Source: Isosphaeraceae bacterium
Lineage (GTDB): Bacteria > Planctomycetota > Planctomycetia > Isosphaerales > Isosphaeraceae
Direction: 5' to 3'
Assembly (NCBI GenBank): GCA_965201075.1
Contig: CBDAVP010000016.1
Span: 62,001 to 126,000, forward strand
Length of the DNA: 64,000 nt
Shown here: positions 59,056 through 64,000 of the stretch, piece by piece
Layout: every line of letters begins with the position of its first letter
Position numbering within the stretch: the stretch's first letter is position 1
Made by a program: the position numbers and the translations under genes
Notes under the pieces: generated by a model
What the model was told of the DNA's origin: nothing
Seen by the model: the letters and a program-made list of their open reading frames with translations, nothing else
Database searches by the model: none

Positions 59056-59312
59056 GGGAGAGTGGCCCCATCCGGTCGCAGCGACTTCGAGGAGGCGGCG
59101 CAGTCAGTCCAATAGGGGCGTCAAAGTGCGGCCCGGGGCATCAGCCGCGGGATCTCAGGCCCGAGAACTCTCCAGGTCCCAAAGAGACGACATCGCGGTA
59201 TGGCCGGGCCTTGTCGCTGCCCATGCCGCCCTCGCGGGGCTCGCGAGAACGTCGCACCTGTTCGTAATCCTGGGGCGGACGCTCCAGACTCCACGAGGCC
59301 GGCCTTCCCCTC
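59056..59312 (+). ncRNA. Structured long-hairpin RNA, candidate 6S RNA
   Basis: Nested pairings TCAGTCC/GGGCGGA, GTGCGGC/GTCGCAC, GGCAT/ATGCC, CAGC/GCTG and AGGCCCG/CGGGCCT around a central bubble, with CACCTG on the 3' side. Ends and strand are approximate. Confidence 0.5.
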
Positions 59313-59367
59313 CGGGGCTTAGAACGCAGGCTCGGTGGTTGCGTACGAAGGCCCGGTGTCGCGCGGA

Positions 59368-60786
59368 TCAGTGTCCGGCGGGGGACCAATCGTCAACCTC
59401 TCCGCCGAGGGCCAGGGCGCGTTCCTGATCTCGGGGGAGGTGGCGGGAGCCGAGGTGGAAGAACAGGGCGCCCAGGGCGAGCATGGGGACGACCAGCAGC
59501 AGCCCGGCGGTCAGGTTCGTCGAGCCGTTCTGACCCGGGAAAGGGACGGCGCCCACCGAGGCCAGAAGTCGTCCCAGCGATGAGGCGACGATGGAGGGGC
59601 GGCCCAGATACTCGGACAGGTAGCTAATGAGGATTGGCGAGCTGATGTCGCCCAGAATGTGGATCAGCAAGATGTTGAGCGCGTAGCCGGCCGCCCTCTG
59701 GTTGGCCGGCACGACGTTGGCGACCACCGTGTTGCACGGACCCATCACCGAGGACATGAAGATCATGCCGAGGAACAGCGAGGCCATCGACCAGCGCGTT
59801 GAGGCCAGCAAGAAGCCTCCGGCGACGAACGGGGTGCCGATCAAGGTGGCCAGGGCCGTCCACAGGAGATACCCCCGGGGCGTGACTCGGCGGAATCGGT
59901 CGGCCATCACCATCCCCATCAGAATTCCCAGGACTCCGGAGAAGAGCGCCATGGCGCCGATCCAGAGGTTGGCCGTGTCGAGGGTCATCCCCCGAACTTC
60001 CTGGTAGAAGATGGAGGCGAACGTGCCATAGGCGCCGATGGCGAAGGTGACGGCGGCGAGCCCGGCGATGTTGTAGAGGAAGCTGGCGTTGCGGAAGAGG
60101 TCGGCGTAGTCGACCAGGGCGGGCCGGGGGCGTCGGACCGCGTTCGGGCCACGGCCGGGGTCGCGGATGCGCAGGGCTAGCACCGCGGCCAGGAGCCCGG
60201 GCAGACCCACGACCAAAAAGGCGATCCGCCAGTTATAGGTGCGGCCGACGATGCCGCCAACGATGAAGCCCAGGGCGATCCCCAGCGGCATGGCCAGGTA
60301 GAACCAGCCCATGACCCGGCCCCGAGACCGGCGGTCGAACAGGTCGGCCAGCAAGGCGGGGGCGACGACGCCGTAGCTGGCCTCGCCGACGCCCAGCAAG
60401 GCTCTCCAGAAAAACATCTGGTTGAAGCCGTTGGAGAAGGCGGTGCCGACGGTGGCCAGGCTCCAGATTCCGACGCCGGCGGCCAGCAGGTGGCGGCGGC
60501 TGAAGCGGTCGCCCATCCAGCCGACGACCGGCGAGACCAGGCTGTAGACCACCATGAAGGCGCCGGCTAGCCAGGCGAAGTCGGAGTGGTCGATCTTCAA
60601 CCCCTCCTCGATCTGCTTGCCGAGGGAGTTGAAGACGTAGCGGTCCATGTAGTTCAGCAGGTTCATGCTGAACAGAACCGCCAGGGCGAACGAAGCGCCC
60701 GGGACCGGCGAGGGGATGACAGGCTCGGCGACGGCGACCACATCGGGGGCGTCGAGGCGGGTCACTCGTGGCTCGGGCGTCGGCAT
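59368..60786 (-). CDS. MFS transporter, Spinster-like
   Basis: NLLNYMDR, motif A GWMGDRFSRR, RALLGVGEASY, about 12 TMs and HILGD. Confidence 0.9.
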   Translation of the reverse strand: MPTPEPRVTRLDAPDVVAVAEPVIPSPVPGASFALAVLFSMNLLNYMDRYVFNSLGKQIEEGLKIDHSDFAWLAGAFMVVYSLVSPVVGWMGDRFSRRHLLAAGVGIWSLATVGTAFSNGFNQMFFWRALLGVGEASYGVVAPALLADLFDRRSRGRVMGWFYLAMPLGIALGFIVGGIVGRTYNWRIAFLVVGLPGLLAAVLALRIRDPGRGPNAVRRPRPALVDYADLFRNASFLYNIAGLAAVTFAIGAYGTFASIFYQEVRGMTLDTANLWIGAMALFSGVLGILMGMVMADRFRRVTPRGYLLWTALATLIGTPFVAGGFLLASTRWSMASLFLGMIFMSSVMGPCNTVVANVVPANQRAAGYALNILLIHILGDISSPILISYLSEYLGRPSIVASSLGRLLASVGAVPFPGQNGSTNLTAGLLLVVPMLALGALFFHLGSRHLPRDQERALALGGEVDDWSPAGH

Positions 60787-60880
60787 GGAGCGGGAAGTCT
60801 CGCGGGCGGGTCGGCTCGTCGCGGCGGATCGGTCCGTTATACTCCCCCCGGTCCCCCGAGACGAGGCCGGTTGCCCCTCG

Positions 60881-62071
60881 TCATTCGTCGGGTTGGGGCG
60901 ACTTTTGCCGTTTGGGGGCATCGGCGATCTCGACGTTGATGAAGACCAACAGCTCGGTGGCCGTTGGGTAGGTGCCCGGAATGCGCAGGTTCAAGGGGCC
61001 GGTCTTGGACTGGAGGATGCCCGGCAAGATTCCGGCGGAGATGACGAGCGTTTGTCCGAGGTTCCATCCCTGGATCGTCTGGTTCAGGCGGGTTTCGGAG
61101 ACCTCGGGGACGTCAACCGTCAACTCGGTCGAGAGACCATCGCGGGGGGCCAGGACCCGGGCGTGGTAGAGCGATCGGACCACATTGGCGCGCAGGTCGA
61201 TGGCCGCTTCGAGGGAGTTCCCCTCGTAGCTGAGTAGCGGACTGAGGCGTAGGACCACGCCTTCCTTGAGCTTGTCGGTTCCGGCCTGATACCCCTGGCC
61301 GACGGCGCTGGAGCGTTGAAGGCCGGCGTTGTACTCGCGGTCCTCAAGGGTTTCGATGGTCAGGGTCTGGCCGTTGATCATCTTGTAGGTCTGGTCGGGG
61401 TTGAGCTGCTTGCCGGCCGACCCACCGAGGAACTGGGCCAGGATCACCGCGGCGTCGGCGTCGCTGGCCGACCAGATTTGCTGACCCTGGGGTCCCCTGC
61501 CCAGCGAGGTCAGCCGCGAATAATGGACGTATCGCCAGGAGGGGCGGTCGGCGGCGATGAACCGGACGCGGATGCGCAGGGCGTCGGCGTAGGAGTCGGT
61601 GAAGCGCTCAACGATCTCCTGGACCTGGTCGAGCACCTTGGGGCTATGGTAGGCCTGGAGCCGCAGGCGGTTGGCCATCAGGACGGCCACCTTGTCGCCG
61701 TGCCACTGAGTGGAGCCGGTGCGGCGGAAGATCCATTCAACGAGGGCGGCCTGGGGAGGACGGGCCAGGTCTTGACCCAGGGCGGTGTAGCGGCTGATGT
61801 CCCAGTGGCGGAACTGGAAGCCGGCCTGCTCGGGGAAGTTGGGGGGCAGGCCCTCGGGCGAATCCTCGGCCGGTGGGGTGTCATCGGGGGGCGTGTCCTC
61901 GTCGTCGTTGCGGCGACGGGAGGCGGCGGGCCGGGTGGTGGCACGACCTCGGCGGGCCGGGGCGGGCGCGTCGGAGTCGTCCTCGCGAGTTTTTCGCCCC
62001 TGGGCCAGCAGGCGGGCGGGGGCCAGGCCGCCGGCCAGAAGCGACAGGAGCAGGGCCTTGCGACGGTTCAT
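60881..62071 (-). CDS. Exported protein with a secretin-like C-terminal domain
   Basis: MNRRKALL signal peptide. EGVVLRLSPLL...VPEVSETRLNQTI...GQTLVISAG...TELLVFI resembles the GspD/PilQ secretin core. Confidence 0.6.
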   Translation of the reverse strand: MNRRKALLLSLLAGGLAPARLLAQGRKTREDDSDAPAPARRGRATTRPAASRRRNDDEDTPPDDTPPAEDSPEGLPPNFPEQAGFQFRHWDISRYTALGQDLARPPQAALVEWIFRRTGSTQWHGDKVAVLMANRLRLQAYHSPKVLDQVQEIVERFTDSYADALRIRVRFIAADRPSWRYVHYSRLTSLGRGPQGQQIWSASDADAAVILAQFLGGSAGKQLNPDQTYKMINGQTLTIETLEDREYNAGLQRSSAVGQGYQAGTDKLKEGVVLRLSPLLSYEGNSLEAAIDLRANVVRSLYHARVLAPRDGLSTELTVDVPEVSETRLNQTIQGWNLGQTLVISAGILPGILQSKTGPLNLRIPGTYPTATELLVFINVEIADAPKRQKSPQPDE

Positions 62072-62258
62072 GCCGGGGGCCTCCATGCCGGGCTGGCGGG
62101 TCCGATCGGATCGGGGGACGGCCGGGACGCCGGCGCCGCCCGGAGCCCTCCTGGCCCGGACCCCGAAGCGGGGCGACCCTAGCCGAATCGGTCAATTCCC
62201 ACAAGGCGAATGACCGCGGCCGGCAGGGCCATTTCGTTCTCACTTTGGGGGGACCAAC

Positions 62259-62376
62259 GGGGACTGGCTCCGCCGGTGCCAGCCCCCTTTTGCCGACTCA
62301 TGTCCCTCCCACTCCGCCCACCGGGCCCCGGAATGGGGGAGAGGCACCGGCGGAGTACCGCCAAGAGCCAGTCCCC
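62259..62376. repeat. Inverted pair of REP-like palindromic units
   Basis: GGGGACTGGCTC-CGCCGGTGCC-AGCCCCCTTT and, in inverted orientation, GGGGGAGA-GGCACCGGCG-GAGTACCGCCAA-GAGCCAGTCCCC. Confidence 0.7.
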
Positions 62377-62430
62377 CATTGCAAGGCCAATGGAGAAATC
62401 AACGGCCCTGCCGCGGCCGGGGTTCCTGGG

Positions 62431-63039
62431 TTACTTGGCTGGCGCGGCGGGTGCCTCGGGCTCGCCTTCGTAGGGGCGGGCGGCCCGGTGGTTGGCGACC
62501 CACTGGCCGTCGCCGTCGAACTGGCGGGCGCCGGCGTCTCCGTAGCGGGCGAACGCGACGCCCGTGGCCTGGTGGAGCATCGCCAGCCATTTGCCGTCCA
62601 GACCCAGGCCAAACGGCGGCTTGTCGTCGGGCTTGATTGTCGAAAACAAGTCTTTGTGAACCGGCGCCGTCGCCATCCCCAGCAGAAGCATTCCCATCAG
62701 CACCGCGGCACAGCCGAAGCCCATCACCACGCGACCGAGCAACTCGACGATCTTGGGGAAGCGGACGTCGCGCTTGGCGACCAACAAGGTGATGTTGCGG
62801 AGGATGATGAACGAAATCAGCATCAGGCCGAAGAGGCTGAACATGTCGGCCGAGCCCGAAAGGTTGGGCACCGCGTCGGCCAGCATCTTGGCCAGGGGCT
62901 CGTAGTAGCTGAAGGCGATCAACCCGGAGAAGATGACGTTCATCAGCATCAGCGTCGCGCCGAAGAACCCCTCGGCCATCAGGGAGTAGCCGATGCCCAG
63001 GGTGATGACGAGGATCAGACCTTGGATCGCGGAAGCCAT
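62431..63039 (-). CDS. CvpA (colicin V production) family membrane protein
   Basis: Four TMs with EGFFGA..., IAFSYYEPLA and LLGRVVMG pattern. Confidence 0.7.
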   Translation of the reverse strand: MASAIQGLILVITLGIGYSLMAEGFFGATLMLMNVIFSGLIAFSYYEPLAKMLADAVPNLSGSADMFSLFGLMLISFIILRNITLLVAKRDVRFPKIVELLGRVVMGFGCAAVLMGMLLLGMATAPVHKDLFSTIKPDDKPPFGLGLDGKWLAMLHQATGVAFARYGDAGARQFDGDGQWVANHRAARPYEGEPEAPAAPAK

Positions 63040-63065
63040 CGGACGGTTCCCCTTGCGGGCGGTCG

Positions 63066-63090
63066 AGTTCGGTTCGGTTCGGTTCGGTTC
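63066..63090. repeat. Simple sequence repeat (GGTTC)x4 plus one degenerate copy
   Basis: AGTTC GGTTC GGTTC GGTTC GGTTC in the 60-nt gap between the ATPase and cvpA genes. Confidence 0.85.
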
Positions 63091-63099
63091 GAGGTTTGG

Positions 63100-64000
63100 T
63101 CAGCCGACGATCCGTCTCAGTTCGTCGATGGAGGTGTGGCCCTGGAAGACCTGACGGAGGCCGTCCTCGTGCAGGTAGATCATGCCGTTCTTGCGGGCCT
63201 CGGCCTTGATGGCGTTGATCGAGGGATTCTCGCGGATCAGGTCTCGGAGGCCGTCGGTGATGACCAACAATTCGAAGATCCCGGTCCGGCCGACGTAGTG
63301 GGTGTCGTCGCAGTCGGGGCAGGGTTCTCGGGGTTCTTCGGGGTTGGGCGTGGGGGGTCGGTAGAAGACGTCGACCTTGTCGGCTGGGAGGTTAGCCTTT
63401 TTGAGGAACTCGGGCTTGGGCTTGTAGGGTTCCTTGCAGGTCTCGCACAGCACACGGACGAGGCGTTGGCTGATGATCGCCGTCAAGGCGCCGGCCAATA
63501 GGGGCGGCTCGACACCCAGGTCGATCATGTGCATCAAGGCCTTGGTGGTGTCCTCGGCCGGGACCGCCGAGAGGACCAGGCATTTGGTAGTGGCGGCCTG
63601 GCAAGCGATGGTGGCGGTCTCGGCGTCGCGCAGCTCGCTAATCATCAGGACTTCGGGTTCGGTGCGGATCAAGGAGCGCAGGGGCTCGGCGAAGGTCTCG
63701 CCGTTCTTGGTGCTTACCTCGGTCTGCTGGACGTTGTCGACCTTGGCCTCGATCGGTTCTTCCAGGGAGCAGACGTTGACCTGGAAGCGGTCGGTCTCCC
63801 GCATGCAGGCATAAAGGATGGTGGACTTGCCGGCGCCCGCGGGCCCGCAGGCCAGGAACATGCCCCGAGGTTGTTTGACGATTTCTTTCAGTTCGGCGGC
63901 GAGTTTGGGTCGCATTCCCAGTTCGTCGAGCTTGGTGACGGCGGGGACGTCGAGGATGCGCATCGTTAGACGCTCGCCCCCCTTGGTGCCGCTGGTCTCG
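63100..64000 (-). CDS. GspE/PulE/PilB-family ATPase, C-terminal part (5' end outside the window)
   Basis: Frame open to the window end. Walker A GPAGAGKST, Asp box SLEEPIE, ISQRLVRVLCETC..CPDC, GRTGIFE and TSIDELRR. Confidence 0.9.
   Translation of the reverse strand, partial: ETSGTKGGERLTMRILDVPAVTKLDELGMRPKLAAELKEIVKQPRGMFLACGPAGAGKSTILYACMRETDRFQVNVCSLEEPIEAKVDNVQQTEVSTKNGETFAEPLRSLIRTEPEVLMISELRDAETATIACQAATTKCLVLSAVPAEDTTKALMHMIDLGVEPPLLAGALTAIISQRLVRVLCETCKEPYKPKPEFLKKANLPADKVDVFYRPPTPNPEEPREPCPDCDDTHYVGRTGIFELLVITDGLRDLIRENPSINAIKAEARKNGMIYLHEDGLRQVFQGHTSIDELRRIVG

Noticed and set aside
59150..59195. Glycine-riboswitch-like words (GGAGAG ... AACTCTCCAGGT..AAAGAGAC)
   Set aside because: The CACCGAAG core is absent and no plus-strand gene lies downstream; the long-hairpin/6S reading fits better.
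1..64000. CRISPR arrays, tRNA/rRNA genes, IS elements, integrases, prophage genes
   Set aside because: No regularly spaced repeats, cloverleaf/T-loop signatures or transposase/integrase motifs found by eye; a short element could have been missed.

Overview
A 64 kb, very GC-rich bacterial chromosomal segment. Gene content suggests a planctomycete, probably Isosphaeraceae-like (inference from ECF sigma factors with long membrane/periplasmic extensions, TPR/WD40/HEAT proteins, a giant AsmA-like protein and a degenerate GspE/PilB ATPase). About 42 CDSs are supported. They include a GH2 glycosidase, Rrf2 + sat/cysC, uvsE, three ECF sigma genes (one truncated by the window edge and missing from the ORF track), a minus-strand run (hmp, Mre11-like, Rad50-like, FAD/Fe-S oxidoreductase, radical SAM, GT-C-like membrane protein), nsrR, a NYN nuclease, sucC-aspartic protease-sucD-NUDIX, an amidase, leuS, a TetR/RND efflux locus, PP2C, an M16 peptidase, an acyltransferase, AsmA-like, MFS, a secretin-like protein, cvpA and GspE/PilB. 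I saw no rRNA, tRNA, CRISPR array, transposase or integrase. Main findings: (1) a radical SAM gene with a non-canonical Cx6Cx3C motif, split by a +1 frameshift in a C5 run, inside a translationally coupled three-gene unit; (2) sat/cysC apparently starting at ATT behind a strong Shine-Dalgarno; (3) a 1.1 kb structured leader with uORFs in front of an ECF sigma gene; (4) an unannotated 6S-like RNA at about 59.06-59.31 kb; (5) a small secretin-like protein next to a degenerate GspE/PilB ATPase and a REP-like doublet; (6) a 1252-aa ECF sigma fused to a predicted periplasmic thioredoxin domain. All calls come from reading motifs by eye; no database searches were run. Start codons are best estimates.
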